A DNA stretch of 64,000 bases from Trichosphaerium sp. ATCC 40318 (taxonomy: Eukaryota; Protista; Tubulinea). Below, in pieces: positions 13,130 to 24,210 of the stretch. Where the stretch lies: positions 27,275-91,274 of the forward strand of contig JALMLS010000166.1 in NCBI GenBank assembly GCA_038496445.1, in the 5' to 3' direction. Below the pieces are notes generated by a model that saw only the letters and a program-made list of their open reading frames with translations, ran no database searches and was not told the DNA's origin. Numbering within the stretch: the first letter of the stretch is position 1; each line of letters starts with the position of its first letter. Both the position numbers and the translations under genes were made by a program.

Positions 13130-13220
13130 GCGATTGGTGGCTATAATCCATGATGTTACAGGTAACAAACCGAAATGGCTTACTTGTACTGAAGAAACCA
13201 TTTTATGGCTACCAACACGC
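13130..13220 (+). promoter_or_regulatory. Eukaryotic SECIS element (form II) in the 3' UTR
   Basis: Helix I TTGGTGGCTATAA (13134-13146) pairs with TTATGGCTACCAA (13203-13215); core ATGAT (13150-13154) faces TGAA (13190-13193); helix II GTTACAGGTAA pairs with TTACTTGTAC; apical AAA (13167-13169) then a CC-GAAAT-GG mini-stem. Confidence 0.85.
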
Positions 13221-13463
13221 TGTTTAATGTATAAAAAACCAATATAAACAACTACTACGAACAAAAAAAATCGACGGGTTATCCCTGACCTTGTGTACCT
13301 CAGTACGCTTTCACACTTGTACATACGTCTCGATCATATGGTCAACTTGTTGAAAGCAAAATCTGGTGACGTTTTATTTGGCATTTTTTAAACAAGTCGT
13401 TCACAGATTGCGTGTTACACATTCTCCCTGTATCGTGTCGCTTGGGTGTAACCATTTGATGAT

Positions 13464-13804
13464 TTACGGGCTCTCAGCGTACTTTATGTACTCTTCCAAG
13501 GAAATAGCGCCCTAATCGGATTAAAACCAGTTAAACGAATATTAATCATCTAGTTACGTCTTTGTTAGCGTCTACAGTATCAAAAGCCATCTTTGTCATT
13601 GGTTTAATATCAGCTTCACCCACACCACATTTTTTGAGCATCTAAGCACGTCAACTAACGTACTGATACCAGTACTTTGTATTAATAAGTGTGACATACA
13701 ACTTCAAGCTCATCAGGCGTTATCTGACCATCATTGTTGAGATCAGCCTCGCGGAAGCCAGCTTTTATTACTTCTAGTTGAGCTGCTGTCAAAGGTGTTG
13801 CCAT
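13464..13804 (-). CDS. Small two-EF-hand calcium-binding protein (3 exons)
   Basis: MATPLTAAQLEVIKAGFREADLNNDGQITPDELE|MLKKCGV...FDTVDANKD|GAISLEEYIKYAESP*; two canonical EF loops. Confidence 0.85.
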
Positions 13805-13924
13805 AATTGTACTTTTTGAAATTATTTTATGAATGAGATTTGGCTTCAATTACGTATTTCAACGTCAAAATCCGGTTTTGTGTTTCAAGAGTCAAAATAT
13901 TTATTAACGGGTTATTACACGGTG

Positions 13925-14888
13925 TTAATGTCTCTCAACTCTGATGTCAGCGCACATGTAGAATACAGGTGGAGCATTTGGATTCTTTGTTACATAGCGG
14001 ACACCAAGAACAGCATGTTGGGTAGGGACACTAATGAAGCAAGTCAAAACAAAACTCAGACAAGAAAAGATAATTTTTTTGAAAACAAAAAAAGTCACGT
14101 GACAATTTAAGAAAAACGGTTGATCGGCGTACTCTGGCATTCTTACTTCTTCAGTGTAAATAGTGAGAGAAGGCGTTCCAGTATCAGGTACAGTCTAGGC
14201 AATACAGTCATAAAAAAAATCTTACTAGTTTGTCTCGTACCTTTAAAATTTTTCCAGTTGGCTCTCCAGCGACCTGTTACAAATTTGTGTTAGCTGAACT
14301 TCTATTCACTTATGCTACGTACAGTGTAGGTGATTACGAACATACCAGGCGTTGCAGCGACCCAATGATCTTGGTTCTAAACGACTATAAGACACAACGG
14401 TTTTTTTATCTCATCAAAAGTTTTTGGTGTTTGTTTTCGTACCTTTTGGAAGATAATGCTTGCGTTCTTTCCTGCTTCGTAAGAAATCATTGGGTTATCA
14501 GCTGGTACACCACCACAAGGTCCAGTGAGAAGAATACAATCACCAGACGCTAAAATTCATGAGAAAAAAGCTAATTAGTAAAAGACTTGGGGAAAAGACG
14601 CGATACATCCGTTTTTCGGCATTCTAGCGCCGAAACGCTAGGAGATTACCCTTTTTGATAATCTACGCCTGGATGGAGGTGAAGTTGACACTTCTTACGA
14701 ACTTTACAGCTGCCAAAAGGGGTTCTGTTGCCAACGCTTTCTCAGGAAAATACAGCGAGATTTGTTGGTTTTAGCGACCACGTACCGGCTTTGTTAACGT
14801 TGGAAAGAGACCCACGTTGGTGAGGAGAAAGGATGCATACGTGAGCAGACGCGAGACACAAGAAGACGGACAAGAGGAAGAGCTTCAT
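13925..14888 (-). CDS. Secreted histidine-brace copper protein (LPMO-like), multi-exon
   Basis: Signal peptide MKLFLLSVFLCLASA followed by His1 (HVCILSPHQRG), GPCGG, FQK|NQDHW (second His), C-terminal FYMCADI. Confidence 0.7.
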
Positions 14889-15756
14889 AGCTGAGGTGAG
14901 GTATGAATTCGTTAAAGACATCATTTGACCTTCCTTTTCGCGAGTTTTTATCACGTGACTGTGTTATGCCACTTTTGGACTTTAGAACTCTCGAATAGGA
15001 GACCACAAAATAGGCCTCTCTAAACAGCTGGTTCTAACATCCTTTGCAGGACGTTTCGAGCTGATTTAGTAAAACGTGTCACAAAGTGAACGTAACGATT
15101 GCATAGGTGATTTTAGGTTTACAGCGCTCAAAACTACTTGGGAATTTTAAACAGGTATGTAGGCTATTATGGCGCTTTGTCCAGTTTTTATGCCTTTTCG
15201 GTTTGAAAAACGTGATCCAAACGTTAAGGCGGGAATTCTCCTTGAGCCGTTAGACCAAACTTATTGCTCCTATATTAATCAATTTTAGGCACGTTCTACA
15301 CGTTCACACACCTTAAACAGGGTTGTAGGCTCGTTAAAGCCAACTTGCACAAACCCATTTCTTATCAATGTTTGCCTACTAAGTTCCACGTTTTTGTCCG
15401 TACATGGTGTTAGTCACGGCGATGTGTAAGTTCATTCATTCATTTAATTACTCAGCTCTACGGGAAACCAATTCGAACCCTAGTTGAATGGCACCAAACA
15501 CCATCACTAACTAACACGACAATCTCATCTCACTTAAATTACAACTAGTTTTCAGTCATGTTAAAAGGTTGATACTTTACAACGAAACGTTCACATAAGC
15601 AACTCAAATATCATACGAAACGCGTTGAAACACGCCTCTATCAATCATTTACATCGATCTAAGATACTTTGGGGTTCATTTGAGAATCCCACAATATATT
15701 TTTTGGATAGAATCACAGCTATAAAACTATTTTTGGACAATTCTACAAGTGGAAGC

Positions 15757-16060
15757 AGCAAGGGGCAAACACAACTTAAAACCCTTGGTTCACCTGCTTC
15801 CATTGTAGCGATTTGATAATCTCTCAGTACACATATATACTCATGTTAAGACTTACGAAACTGGAAAGCGCTGGTGCAGTTTCTAAGTAACGAAAGACTA
15901 ATAAACCACGGTGTTCTAGTGCTCACCGTTAGTCACCACAGAGATCCTTCAGAATTTTCTCTCATTTACAAATACAATTTCCTGACATGTCGACAACCCT
16001 GGAGCTGGAAAGCGCTGGTGCAGCTCCTAAAATAGTCGAGGACTTATAACCGGTATTCTG
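15757..16060. repeat. Dispersed non-coding repeat with an internal duplication; inverted copy at 61862-62013
   Basis: GGGGCAAACACAACTTAAAACCCTTGGTT...CTGGAAAGCGCTGGTGCAG (occurs twice, ~15861 and ~16005)...GACTTATAACCGGTATTCTG matches the reverse complement of 61862-62013. Confidence 0.85.
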
Positions 16061-16720
16061 GTGCATACCGTAGTCCTAAATGGAGTATGTGTTGTGGATC
16101 ATCGTTTCGTTATTTTTTGTTTCTCAAACTTACAAAATCTTGTTTTCAGGATGGTCACTGCTTTTGACTCTTTTCAACAAGCCTATCAAGTATATATGAA
16201 CAAAAGAATAGCCAAGACAATCAATGAAGATAATTAAGTAAACTACAGGTGTACTGTGAAGTGTGGCCAGTTGTTTTTGAAGGAATTCCCATATTCGTAC
16301 TTCAATCCGTTTGACATGCATAGCTTATAGTTGTTTCTCAAGCCTTTGTTCAATAGAATACGGAAGCAATCGTAGGCTATTCCATTGTAGAAGGATAGGC
16401 TTTCTTGACTGCACGTGCGAAACTGTTCTCTGAACTCTGTCATGGATTGTACCCTTACTCTGTTTTTCACGTACCACTAAACGGGATATTGGTGCGTAAC
16501 GGTCGCAACTGGTCGAGTCTGTCTCAAAAAAGTTCAACAAATACCAAAAAACTGAGTCAATGGGTTTCTGTGCTGAGCGAATATTCTTTGCGCACATCAA
16601 AAGAAGTTGTAAAGAAAACACACAGAATGACATCTAGCACAGAAAGCGGCTTGAATGACAGGTATAAAAGTTAATTAACATCTTAATCGTTCTAAAAACT
16701 ATGATTTAAGCACTAAAACA

Positions 16721-18289
16721 ATGTTATTGGGCATGCCTATCGAGATTTTATCGACTATTATGAGCTATACAACAACTGGTCGATTTGCAGTTTGTCAAAC
16801 ATGCCATCTCCTTTCATCTATCATTCACGATATCATCGGTTACGATAGTGTCAGAATAACGACATCTGAACAAGCTCTTCAAGTTTTAACACACCAAGGC
16901 ATAATGAAACACACAGCAATTACGTTAGTTGGTAATGAAGAAACCGGGTTCCCTTCCAACAATCTCGTCGAACAATTCGCAGGAGTTCATACCATAAAAC
17001 TCGATTCTTGCAGACACATCACATATAAAAGCATAAAAGCTCTTTCAGGTGTTCACACCATCGACTTTTGTCGTACTTCAGTTACAGATGAGTGTGTTAA
17101 AGCACTCAAAGGTGTTCATACTATCAATCTCGCTTATTTGAGGAGTATAACAGATGCAAGTGTTGCAACACTTGCAGGAGTTCATACCATAAACCTGGAT
17201 ATAACACGTGTAACAGATAAAAGTATTAAAGCACTCAAAGGTGTCCATACTATTCATCTTGATGATACTAGTGTTACAGATGAAGGCATTGGGTTTCTTA
17301 AGGGAGTTCATACTATTTACTTAAATGGCACTGATGTAACAGATAAAGGATTGAAAGTTCTTGGCAGTGCTGGAGTACATGCCATTCAACTTAATGCAAC
17401 CAAAGTGACAGATGAGGGTATAAGTGCACTCAAAGGTGTTCATACTGTCTCTCTCGGCCATACATCAGTTACCGATGAAGGCATTAAAGCACTCAAAGGT
17501 GTTCATACTATCGACCTCAGTAGTACATCAGTTACAGATGAAGGCATTAAAGCGCTCAAAGGTGTTCATACTATTGACCTCAGTAGTACATCAGTTACAG
17601 ATGAAGGCATTAAAGCGCTCAAAGGTGTTCATACTATCGACCTCAGTAGTACATCAATTACAGATGAAGGCATTAAAGCGCTCAAAGGTGTTCATACTAT
17701 CTGGCTCACCCATACATCAGTTACAGATGAAGGCATTAAAGCGCTCAAAGGTGTTCATACTATCGACCTTGGGTACACTATGGTATCAGATGAAGCAATC
17801 AAAAGTCTTAATGGTGTGCACACAATAGACATTGCTGCTTGTGATAACATAACTATTGAAGGAATAAAAGCGCTGAAAGGAGCACATACGATTACCATAA
17901 GTGGTTCTAGTGATAAGGGAATATATGACAGAGAAAAAAATAAATGGTTTCCAGAGTTCAATGGGGAAGGTATGAAAGACGAATGGCTTCAACACCTTTC
18001 TGATACAAACACACTGTTTATTATTAATGGTCAAAATGCGTTTACTGATGATGGAATCAAAGCATTGACAAATGTCAAAGTACTTGTTCTGTATGAGTGC
18101 AATGCAATAACAGGTGATGGGTTTTCAACATTAGTCAACCTTGAACAAATCACTTTGACTCGTTGTTCTGAAATAACAGATTCGGGCTTGAAACGCTTGC
18201 ACTCTGTGAAGCGTATTAATGTGAGGAATTGTAGACATATTACAAAAGAGGGTGTTAAGGCAATGGGAGGTAGATGTACCTACAGGTAA
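16721..18289 (+). CDS. Intronless F-box-like + leucine-rich repeat protein
   Basis: N-terminal MPIEILSTIMSY; many units of GVHTIDLxxTxVTDEGIKALK. Confidence 0.9.
   Translation: MLLGMPIEILSTIMSYTTTGRFAVCQTCHLLSSIIHDIIGYDSVRITTSEQALQVLTHQGIMKHTAITLVGNEETGFPSNNLVEQFAGVHTIKLDSCRHITYKSIKALSGVHTIDFCRTSVTDECVKALKGVHTINLAYLRSITDASVATLAGVHTINLDITRVTDKSIKALKGVHTIHLDDTSVTDEGIGFLKGVHTIYLNGTDVTDKGLKVLGSAGVHAIQLNATKVTDEGISALKGVHTVSLGHTSVTDEGIKALKGVHTIDLSSTSVTDEGIKALKGVHTIDLSSTSVTDEGIKALKGVHTIDLSSTSITDEGIKALKGVHTIWLTHTSVTDEGIKALKGVHTIDLGYTMVSDEAIKSLNGVHTIDIAACDNITIEGIKALKGAHTITISGSSDKGIYDREKNKWFPEFNGEGMKDEWLQHLSDTNTLFIINGQNAFTDDGIKALTNVKVLVLYECNAITGDGFSTLVNLEQITLTRCSEITDSGLKRLHSVKRINVRNCRHITKEGVKAMGGRCTYR
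17461..17770 (+). repeat. About five near-identical 63-bp coding tandem repeats (21-aa LRR units)
   Basis: TACATCAGTTACAGATGAAGGCATTAAAGCGCTCAAAGGTGTTCATACTAT recurs with 63-bp period. Confidence 0.9.
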
Positions 18290-18844
18290 TTCTAGAAAAG
18301 TTGAGAAAATAATCCATGGGATAATACTGTTGAAGTCTTTTTTTTTTTTTGATATGTAAAAGAGACATTTAAATAAAGTCAAACATCTCTTTTTATTCGA
18401 TTTTGACAACAACACTGACACGTTGATTTGTACCCCAAATTAGTCATTATGGAGTGGATTTAGGATAAGCGGCCACATGACTGTGTCAATGATTTGCAAC
18501 AATTCACACTTCATCTAATAAGATTGACAACTATAGAAGGTTAGGTGTTTTAGCTGGTTACTACATTTTGATGAGAAGTATTTTTTTCTTGGATAATTAA
18601 TGAGAACTTTGAAATCAATGGTCCAACAATGCAAGGAACCCAAGACATATTTTTCTTTTATCTCCTTCACGTGTTGATTTAAGGTACTCCTTACTTTTTA
18701 CCATTGACAAAAACTAAGCACAACATGTACAACAAAAAAAACACAAGGTAATGTACTATTTGATACAAGATTCTATAGTGGCTCTTCATGTGGGATAAAT
18801 GATGTTTCCAAGTCTACCTTTTTGTTACATTTTCCAAATTTCCT

Positions 18845-19805
18845 TTATAGCTCTACACATTCTAAACGAAAGCTATGTTGAGCTAATACACCATCTAGGT
18901 TCCAACTTTTATATTCGCCTTTTGATATACCTTTAACATAGAAACAATGGATTCTTAACTGCCCATTACGATACCAAACTTTATACTCTCCATGCTTTAA
19001 TCTGTCTTTAAAATAGCAGTGTTCTTCAAGTTGACCAGTTTCAAACCAACGCTTATACTCGCCATGAATAACACTAGTAGTCTTATTATAGTATGGTTTA
19101 CGATGATTTTTTGCACGTGGTATATAACCAGGTGTATCAACAAAACACTTGTAGGAATACTTGGCTTTCATTAAGCCATATCGGTATAACATATAGTCTC
19201 CTTCAAGCTCACCCTTGTTAAACCAACAGTGCTTTCTTAGATTACCTGAATCATCATATTTCTTATACTCTCCATGGTATAGTTGAAATCTATGGACATT
19301 TTCATGGCAACAACCTGTGTTCATTGCAAAACAATGGACAACAAGTTGATTGGTTTTTTTTTTAATTTTCTTGCACTCTCCACAAATCCTTCCTTCCTTC
19401 ATTTGATAACTATCAATGAACTCTTGGCTATAAACGGTCAATAACCCGTCTTTTTGACCTTGTTTGTAAAAGCAAGACTCTAGAATCTGTCCATCACGCA
19501 CTGAGTAAGTCAAAAATTCACCATTCTTTCTACCTTTCTTTGTTGTAAACTCCTGTTGTTCTCAATGATCCATTTGCTTGAAAAACCAAGAATCTGCCAT
19601 GTTTTACGCCCTGTTTGTAGAACCCTTCCTTGTATTTAGCTCCAGATGGGTACCATTTACGGTAGTGATAGAGATAGCCTTTGTTTCTTCTTTTACCATG
19701 TCTGTTGTACCGTTCGACCGCTAATTGGCCATTTGGGTGCCATTTACGCTCCCAACCAGCTGTGGTACCATTTTTGAACTTGGTTTCAACATGTTTCGCT
19801 CCATC
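18845..19805 (-). pseudogene. 3' part of a transposon-split F-box-MORN (MORN-variant/YwqK-like) gene
   Basis: KHVETKFKNG..GWERKWHPNGQL...HGEYKRWFETGQLEEHCYF repeats; one apparent extra A near 19535; the 5' part lies at 35891-36109. Confidence 0.88.
19797..19805. repeat. Left 9-bp target-site duplication CGCTCCATC
   Basis: Identical 9-mer at 35891-35899. Confidence 0.9.
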
Positions 19806-19893
19806 GGAACAGTGTATTCTCAGAAAATTCCGACTGAAAAATTCCGAAAAAATAGAAATGTTCCGAATTTGTTCGACAAAAAAAAATAAGCGT

Positions 19894-20216
19894 TTATTTG
19901 TTACAGTTGTGGTTCATCGATTTTTTGTTGTCATCCACAGTTTTAATAGCTTCTGTTACTTGTGGCAAGTCAATTAAACCATCATTTTCTTGTCCATTTT
20001 GTGCCGCTTGTTTGAAAATAGCTCCCATTCTTGCTATAAAACCTGCGCGTAGTGTTGGGTGCTCGTTTGGTATAATACCTAGCTCACTACAATAGCCTTC
20101 GAACAATTCATTCAATGCGTCTGTTGGTAGTACATTAGGCTCCTATGCGTTTATATTAGTTTATAACTACAATAAGCGCAAATACATACATTATCGCTGT
20201 TTTGGTGGTCGGACAT
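19894..20216 (-). CDS. Small hypothetical protein (2 exons), cargo of the MULE
   Basis: MSDHQNSDN|EPNVLPTDALNELFEGYCSELG... with a GT-AG intron; no recognisable family. Confidence 0.45.
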
Positions 20217-20344
20217 GTATGCTGCGTTGTGTGGTAGTGTTTGTAAAGTAATGTCTTTTTGGCGGCAAACGCTTTTATTTACTTAACTTAAACACATAAG
20301 TAATGCCAAATAAATTATTTTGAACTTTATTGTTACACGCGCTT

Positions 20345-21800
20345 GTAAATTTACAACTTGAACAACATTTTGAGCGAATGGAGGTACAACCTCTCACCTA
20401 CCATTTCTACAGTGACTTTGTGAAGGACAACTGCCTTCAGTGTTACCGCAAACGTCAGGTCCCATTCTTTGGTTCCACATTATTGATCACAAGGAACACA
20501 TTGAGCGCTCTTACATTCATTAAGTCTTGTACAGAATCCATATACTCTTACAAGACAGTTACTACAAAGTTGGATTTTGTAAGGTGTACCTGTAATAGGC
20601 TTTGAAAAATCGCGTTTATCCTCGATGGTGGACTCTTTGGTATCAAAAATAATGGACACTCAGAATGTAACCAGCGTGTGGTGGCTCACCTACGGACCTT
20701 GTAAATCGAGCGCTCATGAAATAAATAAATGAAGCGGAAGAAAAAAAATTCTGAAACGCACCTGTAGCTATTTGGTACGCGTACAGTCTATATTGTGTAT
20801 GAGATAAGCCGTTTAAGAATTAAAAGCGTACTGTATCCCAACTTGTTACCAAAAGAATGTCATTGTTGCCAGTAGCGAAGCATACCTCTGAGATGCTATC
20901 TACCTACCAATGGCATTTAGGTCAAATCATCATTACAACAATTAAAATATTTCCGTACCTCTGCGGGCGCAACAGCAAGTTCAAATTCTTGACTCATTTC
21001 TCAAGATGCCATACACAATTTTTCGAAATAAACTACAAAAACACAGTGTACACAACACCTACCTTCATAAACGTGATACGCATACACATGTTACCCTTCA
21101 ATTCACATGAACCACCAGAATTGAAAGTAGCGGTCCATACTGAGCGCTAATGATTGTTCCTACTAGAAAAATTAGACAATTGGAACAAAACAGATGTTGT
21201 ACAACCAGAATGGAGCAGGTTTTTGTTTTGTTTTTTTTCAATTCAAAACTTTGCTTGCGTACATTCTGGAATGCTGAACATGTACTGGTACAACATAACC
21301 CTTGAGAAGTGTCATCACAACCATGTTCATTTTCAATCGTACCATTACCACAAATAGCTAGAGGAAGGTTAGTATGTTATGGAAAAAGTTTTGAGTTGTT
21401 TTCCCATTAAAAACAGATATCATATTTCTTCAACGTACAGGTACAAACTCCATCGAAACATGCGGCAGATTGTCCAACATTATTCATGTCAATACAAGAA
21501 GTATTATCTGGTAGATTAACCATCTGACAGATGCCATCTAAGCCCAACGGTAAATGAAAGGTGTATATCGAATTTTCGTTCTGAAAACGTGCTTCTGTTG
21601 TGACTTACTTATACATGCTTCAATGCACGGATCGACATCACTGTCTTCTATACAACTACAGTCTAACCTGAATCCGGAATTGCATACTTCATTCTAAGAG
21701 GAACAAGGTCAAAAAAAGAAAAAGGTGATAAATCAACGCACTTGTGTCTAGCTCGGTGCACTTGTCACCATCGTCACAGCTCATTCTGTTTGAAACAGAT
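20345..21800 (-). pseudogene. Degenerate multi-exon fragment of a Cys-rich (EGF-like)/FN3-like extracellular protein, MULE cargo
   Basis: Exons DDGDKCTELD, NEVCNSG..CSC, DGICQMVNLPDNTSC...CFDGVCTC, LSHTQYRLYAYQIAT; frameshifts present. Confidence 0.5.
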
Positions 21801-22045
21801 ACCCGCATACATGCCACCATTATTAGGATCACTGAATTACTGTTTAACTGTAACAACACATCATTAGGATTAATTACACAGGTATTTCAGCTTGCCTCTT
21901 TTCTAAACGCGTTTAGAAGTGTATACTCGTACATAACAGACAAGCATTGTTTTAGAAAACAAACAAAAAGATAAGGTGAAATTTCAAATGATGTGAACGG
22001 TGTATAAGTAAAGTGTTGTTCATAAGTTTTGATTAAATAGGATTA

Positions 22046-24210
22046 CATGCCTGGAATTGATGCTTCAGTAGCGGCACTGAGCCGATGTCTTCAAGGCTGG
22101 GACAGTAACAGTCAATAAGTATGTGAAGTTTTTCTTCAAAGAACTAAGTTAAAGACGTACTTTGTGTCAACTCCGTCTCAGAGTTTACGATTTGTATTCG
22201 CTAGTTACCAGCATCTACAATGACTGTATAGTTACTGACAGGGTTGTCAGCTAAACCCAAGGGACCACTGAATTCCTACAACTGTTTGTCAATCGCTGAA
22301 AAAACGTTGTGACGTTTCAAAAAAGTAATTTAATGACTGATCACACATGAATAATACAGATAATTCTTTTACGAAAAACCACGTACAGCTTTTCCTGAGC
22401 CTGCCTTTCTTCGGTATTGTGCGTAAAAATCACCTTTGGGAAGTAAGAAAATATGTGTTGTTGTAACGAAAAAACATACCAAATCTATCGAAAACCTTGA
22501 CGGCACTGGCACCAAAATCTGTCACCCAAAAGTAATTGTTTCTTGAAGATGTTGTAACATATGTAGAGTCATCAAACTCTTCACTTACAACAGACTGAAA
22601 CGTAGCTAAAGAAATATAAGTGACACTACGTGAAGAAAGAATAACAATCTTTTTTATACCTGCAGTACTGTTTACTTTCCATATCTTGACTAGCTTGTTT
22701 CCCCTATCTACAACTATCAATTGCCTAATAGAATAAGTCTAAATACAGAATGAGGTTACACACTCAAAGTTTTCCATATAAGCAACACCAGTAGGGTCTC
22801 TTAGTTGGTCTTTAATTACATTAAAAAAAACTGCAAAGCCACTCAGTAGTACATACTCTTATCGATTCCAAATGATCCAAATGTGTAACATACATCGAAT
22901 GAAGTAGCGTTTAATGCTGATGGTTACCACTATCTGATACAAACAGAATACCATATTTTTTACTCACAGCAACACCCTACGCAAGAACAAAAAAATTAAC
23001 AAAACATGATCTTTTTTTCAAAAAAAGCACATGTACTTTTGGAGATATGAACTGCCCAAGTGATGCACCCAATGAACCAACATGTGCTGTTAAATTCTCT
23101 AAGTGTACGTAAGAATACAATAAAGCACATTTTGAGTAATTGTCGGTTTTTTCGCATGCCTCTTGCGTAAGCAATTTGAATTCTGTGGTTTTTAGTGTCA
23201 GAAACAAAAATGATGTAGGTGACGTTATCATATAGAGCAGCTATGCTTTGAGAAAACGCAAGGGAGCCTGTCTCATTGCCTAGTGTACCAAATTCGTGTA
23301 TGTATGCGCCTGGGAGTAATTGTTAAGCGTTTTAAAGCTTTCTGAAAAACACACGCTAAATTACGTTTACAACGCACTGTATAAATCTAGTACTTGTACT
23401 CTGTCGCTCAAAGTATCAGCTACAGCGATTCTAGAGCGTAAGACGTTACGAAAGTTTTGTGCTACACATGAAATACGTACCGGTTTGTAGTTATGTTCGT
23501 TGTACTGGCAAATACACTAAAATACGTGACATCATGCGGGAGGTTAAACTGTTCTTTTCTGTCCCCTCTGTTGCCAAAATGCCTGTCAGAATTATATGTC
23601 TGAGCGCCTTGAGTGTATTAGCGCTGTAGCTTGAGTTTGCTCTTTGATAACCTTGTTGAAAGCTTCAGCACTTTCAGTAAATTGAACACACAATGTGTCG
23701 TTGATTTGTTGGCGCTCAAGTTCACTTTGTATCTTCTGTTTATGTTCATCAGCATTTGCAAGACAAGCTTTCCATCTAACAGAAAGAGGTTATTAACAAT
23801 GTAAACAAGAAAAAAAGTTGAAAAAACGCACCTTTGTGAGAGCTTCAATGTCAGATTATTTGGCGACATCAGCGAGCTGAGCAGCAAGACCTTGAAGAGC
23901 TTCCAAGTTACCCTTTTGCTCAGGTATTGAGTTTGAGAAAGTCCCAAAGTCAGCCTAAGAAAGAAGATATGTTACTACAAAGTATAGGGCTTATCAAGGT
24001 AAAAAAAAATAAGATGTGCCTTCAACTTTCTGGCATCATCGACTGTGTCGACGTTAATACCTTCTGTCAAGACGTCTTCAGTATTTTCAAGCCTACACTG
24101 AACTTTTGACCCTAGGAATACCATTTACACAAGAACGTTGGTACTGAAATACCATGTAACGAAAAAAATAATGGTTTTTTTGACGTTTTGTTGAAAAAAA
24201 AAACTTACCT
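22046..24210 (-). pseudogene. Degenerate multi-exon NHL-repeat (beta-propeller) gene, MULE cargo
   Basis: FGNRGDRKEQFNLPHDV, IAVADTLSDRVQV, LGQFISPK, QLRDPTGVAY, IVVDRGNKLVKIW, EFSGPLGLA..IVDAGN*RIQI (in-frame TAG near 22201). Confidence 0.75.

Noticed and set aside
12870-13324. Minus-strand ORFs 12870-13151 and 13121-13324
   Set aside because: They are antisense shadows of the + strand selenoprotein candidate and its SECIS-containing UTR, with no recognisable motifs.
17461-17770. CRISPR-like array
   Set aside because: The repeats are in-frame 63-bp LRR coding units without unique spacers, in a eukaryotic context with no cas genes.
22195-22210. In-frame TAG in the NHL gene (and at ~58083) as evidence of stop-codon reassignment
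   Set aside because: TAG terminates the intact CWC21 and CudA-like genes, and these loci carry other lesions, so decay is the simpler explanation.
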